This document shows positions 28,501 to 43,282 of a stretch of 64,000 bases of DNA, in pieces; positions within the stretch are counted from its first letter, which is position 1; the number at the start of each line of letters is the position of its first letter. A program made the position numbers and the translations under genes. The notes below the pieces were generated by a model that saw nothing but the letters and a program-made list of their open reading frames with translations, did not search any database and was not told the origin of the DNA. Source of the DNA: Paraspadella gotoi (taxonomy: Eukaryota > Animalia > Chaetognatha); contig CM119265.1 in NCBI GenBank assembly GCA_051294375.1, positions 20,031,087-20,095,086 of the forward strand, written 5' to 3'.

Positions 28501-30000
28501 TGAGGAGAAAGGAGAGAGGGATCCTTATGATTATTCGGCGTTGTCTTTCCGGACGGCGACGCAAAAGCGATGGGTGTGGCGACACCTTTGCGACCCCGCG
28601 TCATTGACGTCCCTTGCTTGAGCGACTAAATCATTAACGCCTCCTTTTCTCGAAGGATGGTGCCGTTCATGGATAGTTATTTGTCGTCGTTGTTGTTGTT
28701 GTTTTTGTCGTCGTTGCGTCGAGCGAGGGTGTCGTCTTCAGCGGTTTTCACAGCCGCTTAGTTTCTTGACATTTTTGTCATCGTTCCTGACGTTCAACGT
28801 CACGTCGGCGATGAAAGCGTTTTCGCGATTTATCGTATTTCCGGTATCGACGCTTTTATCGCTCGCGACGCAATTAGTGACGCGATCGGCGTCGGCGTCC
28901 TCGTTTTTCTCCGGCGTCTTTTGAGGCGCTGGCGGCGCCAGTGGCGAAAGAAAAACCAAATCGAGTTTCTGGGAGGAAAAAAAATGGAGGGAATTCGAGA
29001 ATTTCGAAGAATTTAAATCAATTTGAAATTTATTCCCCAAATTTCTCCCAGATCTTTTTTTTTTTCCTTCAAGAATTTCTATGAAAGAGAATTATATATT
29101 CTTTGTCTCTTCGTCTCTTCGTCGTCTTAAGAATTGAATTACGAGAAATAAAAAAAATTTAAAAAGAAAAAAACTTGATTCATTTTGTGCGAGAATAAGA
29201 AAAACAAAATATTTTCCTCTCATTTAATGGAAAAAAGATTTATTCTTAGTAATTAGTTAACCGAACTCGAAACGACAATTTATTTATGTCCTTTAGAGGG
29301 AGTGAGAGAGAAATCTGAATTCCAAATCGCGGGGGGGGAAAAAAACAACAAAACGGAAAGAAAACCGAGAAGAAACGAAAAGAAAACACGTTTCCTTCTT
29401 CGATTCTAAATATATTCTGTCTCTCGCCTCGGTTATCGCCACCTGGCCAGGTGAGCACCTGTCACGCGAGCCCGACCTTTTTTGATTTAATCAAAGATTT
29501 ATGAGAAGATATTTAAGGTTCTTAGAAAAAACAGGGAACGATTGTTCGCTGCATATATAATATATATATGCATATATAATGGGTGCTTATTTTCCTAGAT
29601 TGCACAGTTGGACTCGATCTCATTCTTCAAAATAAATAATAACCAAACTTACCAAATAACCTTCGACCTTACCTTCGCCTCCAAATTTTGACTAAAACTC
29701 GGCGCCGTAAACTCCACGTTTTCCAGCGTTGACGAACGCCGGTTTGAATACGATCGCGCCAACGTCGACGTGGAGACGAAGGGGCGTTTCCCCCGGAAAG
29801 CGGCGCCGTTGAGAAACCTCCTTCCCCTCGTTTCCAACGACCGTCATAACGGACGATGCTCTCGCGGCGCCGCTCGCCGCTTCCGGTCGACGTCACGATA
29901 TCGACGGCGCCGTTTCGTCGTCGACGCTGAGACGAGAGACGCGACGGGAAAAATCTCTTTGACGGTCTGCTCGAAGAGGTGATCGTATGGGTAGCTCATT
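25554..30000 (-). pseudogene. Frameshifted partial duplicate of the 16103-23150 gene (probably an error-rich redundant assembly copy)
   Basis: Fragmented ORFs (25508-25921, 28098-28604, 28738-29040, 29649-30041) reproduce pieces of the same peptide. Confidence 0.6.
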
Positions 30001-30685
30001 TTTGGGAGAATCGCATCGGCGCGCTGTGAAAGAGGGGTCACATCGGCGGGCTTGTGAAAGAGGGGTCACATCGGCGCGCTGTGAAAGAGGGTCACATTGG
30101 CGCGCTGTGAAATAGGGGTCACATCGGCGCGCTGTGAAAGAGGGGTCACATCCGCGCGCTGTGAAAGAGGGTCACATTGGCGCGCTGTGAAATAGGGGTC
30201 ACATCGGCGGGCTGTGAAAGAGGGGTCGCATCGGCGCGCTGTGAAAGAGGGTCACATTGGCGCGCTGTAAATAGGGGTCACATCGGCGGCGCTGTGAAAG
30301 AGGGTCACATCGACGAGCTGTGAAAGAGGGTTAGATCGACGCGCTGTGAAGAAGATCACATCGGCAGGCACTATGTGAGAGGTCATATCAGTGGGCGTTG
30401 AAAACGAACCACATCGGTGGGCTCGTGAGAGCGTCATCTTGCGGAGAGATGAGGAACGATTTCGCTTCGTCTGGAGGAAAGGATCATCGTTTTACCGGTT
30501 ATTGTAATCGGAAAGATATTTTCGTGTTTTTTTTGTTGTCGGGGACAATTTATTTCTTAGCGCTCGGACTTTTACAGTAATATATATCTAACGGATCGAA
30601 TTCATTATACACAAAAGAAAATTCCTTTCTTCTTTAATTCCTGGAGAGTGCTTTATTTTTAGAGTAAAAAAAAAAGATTGTCTGC

Positions 30686-30769
<84 letters not shown>

Positions 30770-30898
30770 GATGATCGGATCGAATTTACGAACGTCGTTT
30801 GCCTTCTTAGATTGCAACGAAATATTGGGGAATACGAAGGCTTTAAAGGCGCAAGGAAGCAAATTATATATATATATAATATATAAAAGAGAGAGAAG

Positions 30899-30944
<46 letters not shown>

Positions 30945-33900
30945 AGAGAGAGAGAGAGAGAGAGAGAGAAATCAATGTGAGGTTTTTTTCCAGTCTTTTC
31001 AAAGAAAAAAAGTAAATCCAGGTGTGAAGAAGATTGAGCGAGAGATAGGAAGTTACCCGAGAGCATTCTTTCTCACTAATCAGGCCACGATGTTCTGAGG
31101 ATCCATGTAATTCCGTGAAAAGCGTCCGAGTGTGAGAGAGCGAGAGAGAGAGAGAGAGTGTGTAAGGCGAACGTCGTCTCCGTCCTCAGTGACGCAATCC
31201 GATTAAAAATATTTAAAAAAATATTTTATCCAAAAAATAAAAATAATGAATGTCTTCCAGCGAAAGGAGAAACGATAACAAAAATAGAAGAAGAAAAAAT
31301 ACGAAAGAAAAAAAAAACACAAAAGGGGAAAAAAAAACTGTCGTTGGAAACAAAACCCCAAAAAATGAGAATATGAAAGGAATGCGAATGAAGATCGGAG
31401 ATTCGAAAGAATTCAAAGATTACTTGGCAAAGCGTTGAAAAATGTTTTTTTTTTACAATTTGTTTTCCAAGTTACGAAATTCGGTTAAATTGTAAAAAAG
31501 CGTTTACGCGCGGAGAGACTAAACGTGCAGTTACGTCACGAACGTCGAAATAAACTAAATTTTAAAACATAAGCGAAAAAGAATTTAAGGAATAACAAGT
31601 GGTTTTGAACGGTTAAGAGACGTCGTCGTCGTCGTCGTCGTCTACTAAGAAACAAAGAGATTTCCGAGACCGCAACTTCATTCGTCATTCGCATTCAGAA
31701 ACATTTTTTTTTTTTTGAGTCTGAAAACGAGATTTGATTCGGGAAATTCCGTCGCCCGTCACCGTGTCTCCCGTCGCCTGCCCGTCACGTCGCCGTTGCA
31801 GCGTCTCTCGTCACGCCGTCACGCTGAGACGTTCGTCGTCGCGTGGTCCGTCACGTTTTTAGAAAGGAGGGCGTTGACTTTTAAACATTAGACAAGGTTT
31901 GTTTGGGGTAAATCATTTCTATTTTGCCCCCGTGGCGCGCCATTCGCCCCGTTACAAAATTCCAATCTCGACGCCCCAGACGTCGAAAATTTGCGCAACT
32001 TACTTTTTTTTTAATTTTAAAACAAATTAAGTTAAATCCAGGAAAGTTGTTAAATTTACTAAAACGTGGAAAAAAAAAACTTTTCTACTTAACTAGCTCA
32101 AACAGATTTCGAAAACAACTGGAGGCAGGAGAGAAGAATAAATAATTCTAAAAAAAAAAACATTAAGTCATTAAATTAATTTAATTACTCCCGCCTTTTT
32201 TTTTGTAAAGAAATCTCGGAGGAACAGGAAACAGACGGACGCTGAGACGATGAAATCTCTTCGTCTTAAAGAACAAAGAATTCTTATTTTAAAAATATTA
32301 TATATTTTTAAATATTTAAAAGAATATGGAAAGCGGTTGTCAGACAAGTACGTATTACGGGAAAGACGTTACTTTAAACGAAAAAAAAAGGGGGAGACAA
32401 CTATGTCTGTCTATTGAAGTCACGCGCTGAAAAAAAAACAAAACAAAAAAAACAAACAAAAACATAAAACTAAGATGATAAAACTTGACGTTTAAAAAAA
32501 AAACAGGTTTTTTGAAGAAGATGATCCCAGATTAAATCCTTTGACGCAACGATGCTATTTTTTTTTTAGTTTGTTTCTTGGTTTGTTTGTTTGTTTGTTT
32601 TTTTACGCGAATTTTCTTCACTGGAGGACTAGGTCGTTCTTTTTAATTTCTTCTTAAATTCTTTCTTTTTTTTTCACAACTTTAGCTAAATCGAATTTAA
32701 CTTTTAAGGATTGAATTTTTTTTTTTTTTAGGTTCGATTGTAGATCGAAAGGAGCCTCTCAGATTAGAGAGCAAAAAGTCTAAAACGACCGCGAAACCAC
32801 AAATAAAAAAACTTGTAAAAAGTACGTAAGGAAAAGTCTGAGTTAGTTCCACAAAAAATAAATAATGTTTTAGCCTTCATACTATTATGTTTATAGTATA
32901 TATTATATATTTTTGATGAAGAAAAGAGAGAAAAAATATTGTGGAGACAAACAGACAAATGCGTATATAATTTTAAAACTGACAAAATGAAACGGGGATT
33001 ATTGACAACGTGTTTGAAAAAAAGGAAAAAAAAGTGAGAAAAAAAGATGAGAAATGATTTTTCGATGACGTCTTGAGATTGAAGTCAAGAACCTATATTT
33101 ATTTGTTTACTTATCTCAAGGTTTTTGGGGATAATTTTTTTTTTTTGTGAAAAGTTGAGTTATATGACGCTCGAAATCGAGGCAAAGCCAAAGGTAGTGT
33201 TTTAAGTATGGTTAGAAGAAGAGCGGAAATCTAATTAGCATACCTAATTCTATTTACTTCTAAATTAGGATAATTTGTTTCTAAAACAATTTTCGTTAAT
33301 ATTTCCTTCTTAGGCTATTTATTATTTAATCATATAATTAATATATATAATTATATATATAATCACAAAAAATAATTTAAATTTCAAATGTATTTATAAC
33401 ATATTTAACTACTTGTAATATTTTAAAATCTTATCTCATATAGTAAAACAAGAAATCCTGCAGTTTTCATATTATCAATTAAGTGCAATATGAGACAGAC
33501 AAAATGACAAGGAACCGACAGACAGGCAAACAAGCAATAATTTGGCTTGATTTTAACCGATATAAACCAATTAACAGGTTTTAAATATTTATCTTTTTTT
33601 TTCAACACGTAACTATCTCATAATAAAAAAAACAAAACAAAACAAAGGGCGTTAGATTTCCTCGAGGAAATCGTTTTACGGTTTATCTTTTCCCAAGAGC
33701 GTTCTTCGCCATTAGTGTTTTGCCTGCCAACGCTTTTCTACTTTCAAACTCGAATTTCAAAACATCGATTCCTTTCGAATGTAAACAAACGAGATTTGAT
33801 TTTAAAAACAGTGACTTTCGGACTTCGAATCGGGCGCCGCCTTTCGGCCGTAGTTGGGAAAGTTACATTTCGGTGAATCTAAATTTAGACTCGACTTATA

Positions 33901-35563
33901 ATTCACATTTAATAACCAATTTCATAAAACGTGAATGAAGTTTTGAAAAGAAAAATCATTAAAAAAACATTTTAATTTAAACAAATGGTTGTAATTCGTG
34001 CCATGATAATTGATATCATTTCTGGTATTTTTTTATTTTAACATTGATTTCTATCTGACTTCGTTTAAATGTAAACGGAAATATTTATAAAAGGATAAGA
34101 TTATTTTTTAAAAATAGTTAACTTTGATGGTTTCCTCTCATTAACGAGCCAACGCTTTTTGCTAAGGCTTTTCTGTCAACCAATGACCTCAAATGGTATC
34201 GTTCTAATAAAAGGGCAGCGTCTCATAAAGAGCAAAATTTATTAATACATTAACATACATTAACAATAACGATCGTAATCGTCGAACGAGCAAAGTAATA
34301 GACATTTAAGGAAAAACCTGTTTTGAGCGGCGAAATGATAAGAAACATAAAATCTAAAGTTTTAAATTGAGTTTGTATAATAGTTTTGACGAAAAAAAAA
34401 ATTACTCAAATATATTCTTTCGGAATGCATAATTAGTTACGATTGCTCTCTTTAGTTTATATAAAATACAATACGTTTTATCGGTAATTTACCAATTTTT
34501 TATGATCTGGCTTTTTATATGTTAATTTCACTTCATAATCCTTTCAGCAAAAGAAATATGCTAATTCTCTTTTTTTTTCTTTCATTAACTGCAAGTTAAG
34601 AGGAGAAAAAAAGAAAGAAAAAAAGAAAGAAGAGAAAAAAGCAAAGAAGAAAAAAAATAAGAAAGAGTTCCTCAATCGGTAAATTTTCCCATTTCACTTG
34701 GATTGGAAAAATATTGTAATTATTATTTTTCCGAGAAAAATTCGATTACTACTTCTTTGGATGCCTGAATAATGAATATTAAGTTTATTAAACCAGATCC
34801 TCGCAGAAGTTGTTCGGACATCAGTTTGGCAGTTTCTCAATGTTTTGTTGTTGTTGTTGTTGTTGGTTGGGCTTCTGTGGCGTCGCTGACGTCGTCGTCG
34901 TCGTTCTGTCGTGTCTCTTTTTCCGAGTCTGGGAAAAGCAGTTGACTGTCGTTAGTGTTGTGACTGTGTGGTCTTTATAGACAAATTAGATTTATTTCTT
35001 TTTCGTTGAAAAAAATTAATTAAATATATAATATAATTAAATAGAATTAAATATAGATTACTAAAAGAGATTACCTAATTCTTACTTATAGCTAAAAAAA
35101 CTGTTCCGCGATTGAGAGAGATCAATAATTGTATATAATGACATAAAAACAAAGAAAATCTTTCAACGATCGAAAAAGTTCGCGGTTGTGGTAAAAGAAG
35201 CCACATGCAATAAACATTAAACAATAAACGGTATAAAATTTATATATTTTTTTACATATTTAAAAAAATTGAAACTGCTTTCTTATGTTATGAAACAGTA
35301 GGTTAAATATGTACTTACGTATTATTTTGTAGTTTACCTTTTTTTTAACGTAACAGACAAAATGCTAAACTAATAAAGTTTTAAAGGCTGAGTCTTATAC
35401 GACGCTGCCAGCCCGCGACAGAATAATAAGAGGAAAAGAAAACGGAACGAACTGAAACTGAACTGAACTGTAACAACGACTGACGAAATCTCAAAATTAT
35501 TTTTTTCAGCTCAAAATATTTCGAGAATGATTTCTTTATTTATCCTGCTTCATTTCTCTTCAG

Positions 35564-38500
35564 CTCGCGTCGCCCCGATTCTCCTCATGGACGAAAGAAT
35601 TTTTCTTCCGTTACCCAACCTTACCTTTTCTCCCACCCCCACCCCCACCTCCATATCCCCACCACCCACTTCCATCCCCAGTCTTCGCCTCCCCGCCCAT
35701 CCTCGCCACCCAAGGCCCCGCCCAAGGGCTCATCGCGTCTTCCCTTCGATCTTACGCTGAGACGGCCAACGTTCAGCCGGACGGAAGCAGCCTCATCCGC
35801 GCGCTTGCCGACGCGAGGGACGCCGACCGAGAGCAAGATGGACTCCGCTGATGATGCACGGTTCAGATCCCGGCCGCGATTCCCTCGACGATTGAAGGTT
35901 CCGGAGATGTTACACCGTCTCCTTGCCGCCCAAGTTCACTTGTTGGACGAGTGTGAGTTGATTTCGCTGGGGGGAGAGGTGGGGAGGGCGGGGGTTAGAG
36001 TTTGGTTGATGGGCTTAAAAAAAGGATGGTAGATGGGGGAAATTCCTTTTTTTTTGGGGGGGGGGTTATTTCTTGTTTCACTATTTTTATATTTCTTTCT
36101 TTCATTTTTTTTTTTTCTACGTTTGACGGACGACGTGCTGTTGCTGCAGATCTAATAGCAACCTTGATCGATGGCTGAATCGCTAATTCTTGTATGAAAA
36201 TTTGCAAATTATTGTTTCACTATTTTCTCACCTATTATAATTATGTATAGGATTTAGTATTTAATCTATATTATTTAAACAAATAATATGCTTTCTCTCT
36301 TAAAAAAAATTTATATTATATTATATCTCAATAACTCAATTTCGGGAAGGGGAGTCAGTGTTTCTTCTGGAAATAGACGGGAGCATCCTATCAACACAAG
36401 GTTAATTACATATATATAACTAATTCTATATAACTCTATAACTTATATATCTGCGTAAAAAACTCTATAACATTAATATAACATCATACAATATTGAATA
36501 TTTATCCAGTCTGTGGACATGATTTCTTTTATATCGTATATTTAAAATTAGATTTTATTCTTTTTTCTCATTTTCTTATTTTTCTAACCCATTGATTTTC
36601 TTAAGGAAAGAGATACGAAGACAGATGAGAAGAAAGGAAACATGATGAAAAATAAGCGGGAGGTTGCGATGAGAAGCAAAAGGAAAAGGTATGAAGGAGA
36701 AAAATAGATAGAGAAGAAAAATGTAAGAAAAGAGAAGTAAAGAGAAAAAAATATCGAGTTAACATGTCTGGAAATGAGGAGATGAAAATCCAAGTTTCTA
36801 AGGTCGCGTCTTTCAAACCTTCAACGACAAAATGAAAAATTTTCTTGACGTTCTCTTCGTTTTGCACGCGAGACAAATCCCAACCAGGAGGGCAATTTCG
36901 CTTCAAAGTTGTTAAAAAAAAAAGCTAATAGACGTGTTAGGAATTTATAAACCAATACTGCCTAAACAAAATTTTCTTTCTTCTTTTTTTTTTATCATTA
37001 AAACCTACTTTTCGCCTTTGTTTTACGTCGTCAAATAAAAGAAAGAAAGGAATAAAAGAAGAAATACTTAGAAAGACGATGATTCGAAATGAGAGGAAAT
37101 TCGTCTTAAAAGAAAGAAGGCTTATCTTTACGTTGCTTACGTCCCTCACCTTTTTGACTCAAGGTTTTGTTTCATTAGCTTCGGAAATACCTGTGCGTTA
37201 TACCTCCCCCTTTCTTACTCCAGCCCCAGAACAACAGATCGAGGTGAGCACCGGGTTCGTGACATCACCTTCAACTATCGGCCTCCGTCAAAAGATGTTT
37301 CTCTTCGTGCACAAAACCTTCTATCTCCCGAGAGAAGAGAGGACGGTTTCACAAGCTTCAGGTTTTAAGAATCTGGATTTTCTCGGAGTTTCTTTTTTTT
37401 TTGTGGGATTCAAAAAATTTTTGATGGAATTCAATGACCTCAAGTCGATTAAGCGATAAAATTCCTTTATTAGAATCGATAAGAAAAAGTCGGAGATCAT
37501 ATTTTGTCTCCTGAGAATCCATTTACATTTTCCGTCAACCGAAATTTCCTCATTCAAGGTTCTCCTTCTTCGTTCAAAGAGTTGCGTCATAATGGTTGAC
37601 GACAATTTTTTTTTTATATTTTGCTCGACGTTAAACCGTGACGACCGGACGATTCTCCTAATCTCTCTGTCTCCTTACGACCCTCCTCTCCCATCTCTTC
37701 TCACACCATAAACAACCGATCCCTAACTCCCCACCCCCTCACCGCTGCGCCACCTTCTCGTCCTCATTTCCCTCGACGATTCTGGTTCCTGTTTAATCAG
37801 CGCCGCCCTTCGAGAGAAAATCAACGAGAGACGCATCTCTGCGCCGCAAACAAAAAAATAATATATAAAAATCAAGTCTTACTTTTCTCTATTTAATTTT
37901 AAGTTGAAAACTGTTCAATCACCGAACTCGGTTTCTATTTTTAGCCGCGAGGCCGATTCGTTTGACGCGCTTGATTGACATTTGGTTTAATTCGAATGGA
38001 CGTTGAGGATCAGTAAATCTGTTGAGGGGTTAAGTTTTGCCGTTTTTGGTGGTTGACTAAATGTCTGCCTCATTATATATTACATAATCGTGTTTCATTC
38101 GTTCACTACACTTGATTGAAGCAATATACATACAACGAGCACACATAAAAAAGTTAATTTTACAATTCGAACAAGGAATGAAAAAACGTATTTTATTGAA
38201 TATTGATTCTAGAGAGAAATGTAATAAATTCGTAGTCCATATTTACAGTAGATACGAAATAAAATATTTTAAAATTATATTCGAGGAAAAACATTTTCGT
38301 AATTTCAAAGAAAAAGAAGTTTTTCAATCTCATTGCCAATGTTTTTCGAAAACATTGTCCTTGAGACTACGTATTTTCCTCTTTTTCATCCACCTGCCCC
38401 ATCTCCTCCTCCTCCTCCTCTTCCCTCCTCCCCCCCTCCCAGTTCACCTCGCCCTCCTCCCAACGCAGCAACAGCGCTTCAAGACCAAATGGCAACTCGC

Positions 38501-40360
38501 CTCCACCCTGTCTTCGAGGAATCCTTCACTCTGCGGGGAATCCCTCCGGAGGACATCAAGAACTTCGCCCTCCGCGTCAGAGTCTACGGCTACGAGAGAA
38601 GATGCAGAAGGAAAGCTCTTGGGTGAGCGAGGCGAGGCGAGGGAAGGTTGTGGAAGAAAGATTTAGAGAGGTTGGTTAGTAAAAACAGTAAATGTACTTT
38701 TCGTTGATTATAATATTAGCTACATTATTTCGTCCCCAACAGATATTGTTTGGTTAACGCATCACTGCAAACCTCTCTAGTTTGTTAACCCCAAGATCCA
38801 GAGAGTTTGGCTTCCTGGTTAATGATATGTTGTTGGTTGTGATTTTAAAATCGAAAGATGATATAAGAGAATTGGTTGTATCAATTAGTGGAGACGAAGC
38901 GATGTAGTGTTGACTGTTGGGTTTGTATTAAGTACGTTACAAGATCCGTTGCGTTCAATGTACATCAATGGTACACCATCAGAATCGACAGCTCATTTTC
39001 GAGAAATTTTGAAAGCAAATTTTGCAGAGTAAATTATTACCTGTCATCTCACTCGAAATTTGAAGCCAAATTTTGCAGAGTAAATTATTACCCGTCATCG
39101 TCACTCGAAGCCACGTTGTAACATCTTCACTTGATTTGTACGAATGTGAGGAAGTTAAGATGACCGGAGTTTCTAATCTTTTCGTGTTCCAGAAGAGAAG
39201 AGAAGACGAAGCCGCTCACAAGAATTTTATATTCTCGTTATCTGTGTCTTTCTCTGCGTGTATGATGAACGGATTGAGTGAATGGATGAACGGATTGAGT
39301 GAATGGTATGAACGGATTGAGGGAATGGATGAGCTGATTGAGTGAATGATGAACGGATTGAGTGATGAATGAGCGGATTGATGTGAATGGATGAACGATT
39401 GAGTGAATGAATGAATCGGATTGATGAATGGAGAACGGATTGAGTGAATGGATGAACGGATTGAGTGAATGGTGATGAACGGATTGAGTGAATGCGATGA
39501 ACGGATATGATACCGATGATGCGTAAACGGACAAATGGATTTCTTGAAAAAATTTAAGCGACGAAGGATTTTTTTTCTTTTTAAAAAATATTTATGTACG
39601 ATAACTAATTGTTTTGATCTGGGACTCTATAAAACTTTTCTAATATTAAATATAGCGTGTTTCATTTATGAGAAATTAATATTGCTCCCTGGGAGAAAAT
39701 CAATTTAAAGCTAAACGAATGAAGAACAATCGTTTTCATTGTATGAGATAAGAACCTTGGAAGCTGGTAACCGTCATGATGCTACTAAAGTACGTTCATT
39801 GTAAAAACAATATTTCAATGCTTCTTTTGTTTCGCCTATAATTTTCCACGTACATGTCAGTGAGATTCATTTATTTATTTATTTATTCATTTATTCATTC
39901 ATTCATTTTATTATACTTAAAACAATAAATCTATTATAACCTCTGCTCTAGTTTAACTATCAGCTATCATAACTATTACTATCATATAATCAGGATTTAA
40001 CCTTACTCTGATTTTTTATCACTGAAACAGGTTTCACTGTTCGTCGCTCTGAAATTGGTGATTCAAAAACTCGGGTCAACGCTTTTACCGGTTTTTGCCG
40101 CCGAATAATTTTTAAAAGCAAGTCTCGGATTTAGTTAAAAAAAGTCGTTGGAATAATAAAAGAGAAAATGGAAACAAAAATGGAAAGAAGAATAATAAAA
40201 AGAAAAAAAAACCAGTGAGAAAAAAAGAAAAAATAAGCAAGAACGAAATAAAAAAAAGAAAGAAAGAAGGAGAAAGAAAAAAGAAAGGAAGATGGAAAGC
40301 TTAATTAAAATACCAGTTTCGAATTTTTGGCAAGAATTTGGGAAAAACGAGAGGAGAGAG

Positions 40361-40405
<45 letters not shown>

Positions 40406-41749
40406 GAGAGAGAGAGAGGAGAGAGAGAGAGAAAGAGAGAGAGAGATGAGAGAGAGAGAGACTCAGTTGTGGGGAGAGAATGCGCGTCGAGGATTTTGAA
40501 ATATAAATTTTGAAGGAAAAAAGATTTTAGACGAAAGAGAGATCAAAGAAAATTAAATTCAGAAAGAAATCAAGAAAAAAAAAAAGAATTATAAGGAAAA
40601 ATAAAAGATGTGATCATGTATTTAAATAAATATAAAATAAAGAAAGAAAGATGAAAAAAGATAAAAAGAAAGATAGAAAGAAAAGAAAGAAAGAAAAAGA
40701 AAGAAGAAAGACAAAAATAAATAAAAAAGAAAGAAAGAGTGGAGACAAAAAGAGAGATGAAAAAAGAATGAAAGAAAGAAAGAAAAAAAGAAAAAAAAGA
40801 AAGAAAGAAGATAGAAAATCCCCTTGATTCCACCCTCTCTCCGCTTTCCATCCTACCCACTCCCCGCCCCCCCTCCCCCCCCCGGCAGGCGAATGCGTCC
40901 AAAGCTTCGCCGCCGTCAACCCGACGCCGAGAGAATCGAATCTCGCGTTGGAAGCCGCGAACGTCTCTGCCGATCGCCACGCCCATCACGCCCGACGAGA
41001 ACGCGTCTCCCTCGCGGAGTACGATCAACGTGACGCTCAAAGGTCGTCTCACCCCGCCGAGGAGAAGGCCAAGTCGCCCGACGCCCCCTCCAAGCAGCCC
41101 CGACACGTGCAACACGGGGGCGGCTGCCGAGCTTCAAGTCTCGCTCGCTTATTTTCGATCTGACCGGACGGGTCGCGCTGGAGGTGAGGGGAGGGGGTCT
41201 TTGGCTGGGGGGGGGATTCGTTTTGTCGGTTGTACACTTCCTTTTGTAAAACTACAATTCGACTATGAATAAAAACTAAATGAATTGCAAAAATTAATTA
41301 AAATATCCATAAAGTATTTTGAGAAAACGAACCTAGGAATACTAAAATATAATCTAAACTTCTACAATATGCGAATTATATTATATTAAATATATTATGG
41401 AAAATCGCCGTTCCTGATTTTATGCATTCGATTTGCGGACCGGCTGGCGAGTGATGTCTCGCCTATCGTGAGGCGAACTTAAAGTTCAAACCCGAAATTG
41501 TTTAAATTCCTTTTTTAAAAATGTTTTAATGACTTTCCGATTCGGAAAATTCTATTTCGAATTCTATCTTCGTGTTTTTATCTCCCTCGAGGAAAAAGTC
41601 GTGATAAAAGTTTTTCAGAGCGAAAAAATCTCTCTCGTCGAGTCTTTCACACTCTTCACAGTCTTCAGGCAACACTGCACCATTCCACTCTCGATCACAC
41701 TCTCGAAAATGAAAAAACCTCGTATCACATCTTCTCCATTTTCTCTACG

Positions 41750-41844
<95 letters not shown>

Positions 41845-42640
41845 GGTGGCTCGTTTGTCACTTTCTGAAATGGAAAAGTTCGTCACCAGCCCTTCTTCTT
41901 TTCTCTCTCACAAATCGACTTCATTCAGACCCAAAACTTACTTTTCAATCTCCACGTAATTCTTCTCCGTTTTTTTCTCGTCTTAATTCTCAAAACTAAA
42001 ACAATTCTCGTTTCTCTCATTCGCTTTTCACGCCTTAACCCTTCTCCCTTCTCCCCACCCTTAATTTCCCAATCTCCCTCATTCGTCACATCTTGACACG
42101 TCTTCCTCGATATAAAATAAACCCACGACCCCCCCCCCCGCCATAAAAAAAACCCATGATAACCAAAATCCATATCCAATCAAAATTCCTCAGCGAAATA
42201 TTTTTGCCCCCCCCCACTCCCCGTCGCCGAATCATTCCTTCCCCCCCACAACCCCCACTTCCCCCTCTTTTCCCTCAACCCCAAGGTCATCCGCGGAGCC
42301 ACTTCCACAACCGGGCCAACAAGCCCCCTGACACCTACGTCCTTTGCTCGCTGGTCTCGGAGCGAGGAAGGGCGCTGGAGAAGAGCAAGACTTCGGTGCG
42401 CAAGGCCCAACCCAGCCCCATCTACCGGGAGTCCTTCCTCTTCCCAGTCCCTCATTTCCAACTGCCCGACGTGACGCTCGTCGTCTGCGTCTACAAGAAG
42501 AGCGGAGTCGCAAGAAGGAGCTCGTGGGTAGTGTCATGGGAACGTCGTACGAGCAGCAGTCAGGAAGGGCGGCTCATTGGAAGAGAATGATCGAGGGAAG
42601 GGGAGAGGTGGTCACGAATGCACGTGTCTGGAGACGAGAT
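35564..42640 (+). pseudogene. Inverted second copy of synaptotagmin-14/16 exons 2 to last, lacking the transmembrane exon, with indels
   Basis: Same C2A (38443-38622) and C2B (40889-41183, 42286-42640) peptides as the - strand copy, with several frameshifts. Likely a redundant haplotype. Confidence 0.6.
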
Positions 42641-43282
42641 GGCAGGAGTGCGTGTAGTCATAGTGATGCCGTAATGTTGGTCAACAAAAAGCCTTCGCTG
42701 AGATATTGCCTGGATGTGGAAAAAGCATCAAGACTTGTTCATTTCACAGGATTGCTCTCTTACGGGTATTTAAAATGGAATTCTAAACAAAAAGTAGAAA
42801 CTGCCTCGAAAACCATTAATTTCTTGAATCTTATGAAGGAAAAAATTGACGGAAAGGTTTTTTTATATTTGCTCAAGATGATATACGGGAGAAAAAATAA
42901 AGTGTACACGAATGTCAGCTCTTAAAATCTTACATCGAAAAAACGCGCCGTAATAATGAAAGCACAATCGCAAGTGGAGTTGGTTCGGATAAAATAAAAA
43001 AATCATTCCTTCAGAATTTAACAGCCCAGTTTTCTTAAGCCACTAAACCCAGAGACGAATTCATACTCCTGTTTCACCCAAAAGGGTTTTCGAGTTTTTA
43101 ANNNNNNNNNNNNNNNNNNNNNNNNNTTTTTTTTAGAATTCCATTTTAAATACCCCGTAAAGAGAGCAATCCTGTGAAATGAAAAGCTCTTGATGCTTTT
43201 CCACTCCAACGGCCAATATCTCCAGCGAAGCTTTTTGTTGACCAACAATCACGCGGCATCACTAATCTCACGCACCCCTCCA

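Larger units (their letters stand above)
18761..32500. repeat. ~6.8-kb direct tandem duplication (18761-25517 and ~25554-32500) separated by a 25-N gap (25518-25542)
   Basis: Collinear near-identical sequence. The second copy has many 1-nt indels that break the 1305-aa ORF. Confidence 0.95.
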
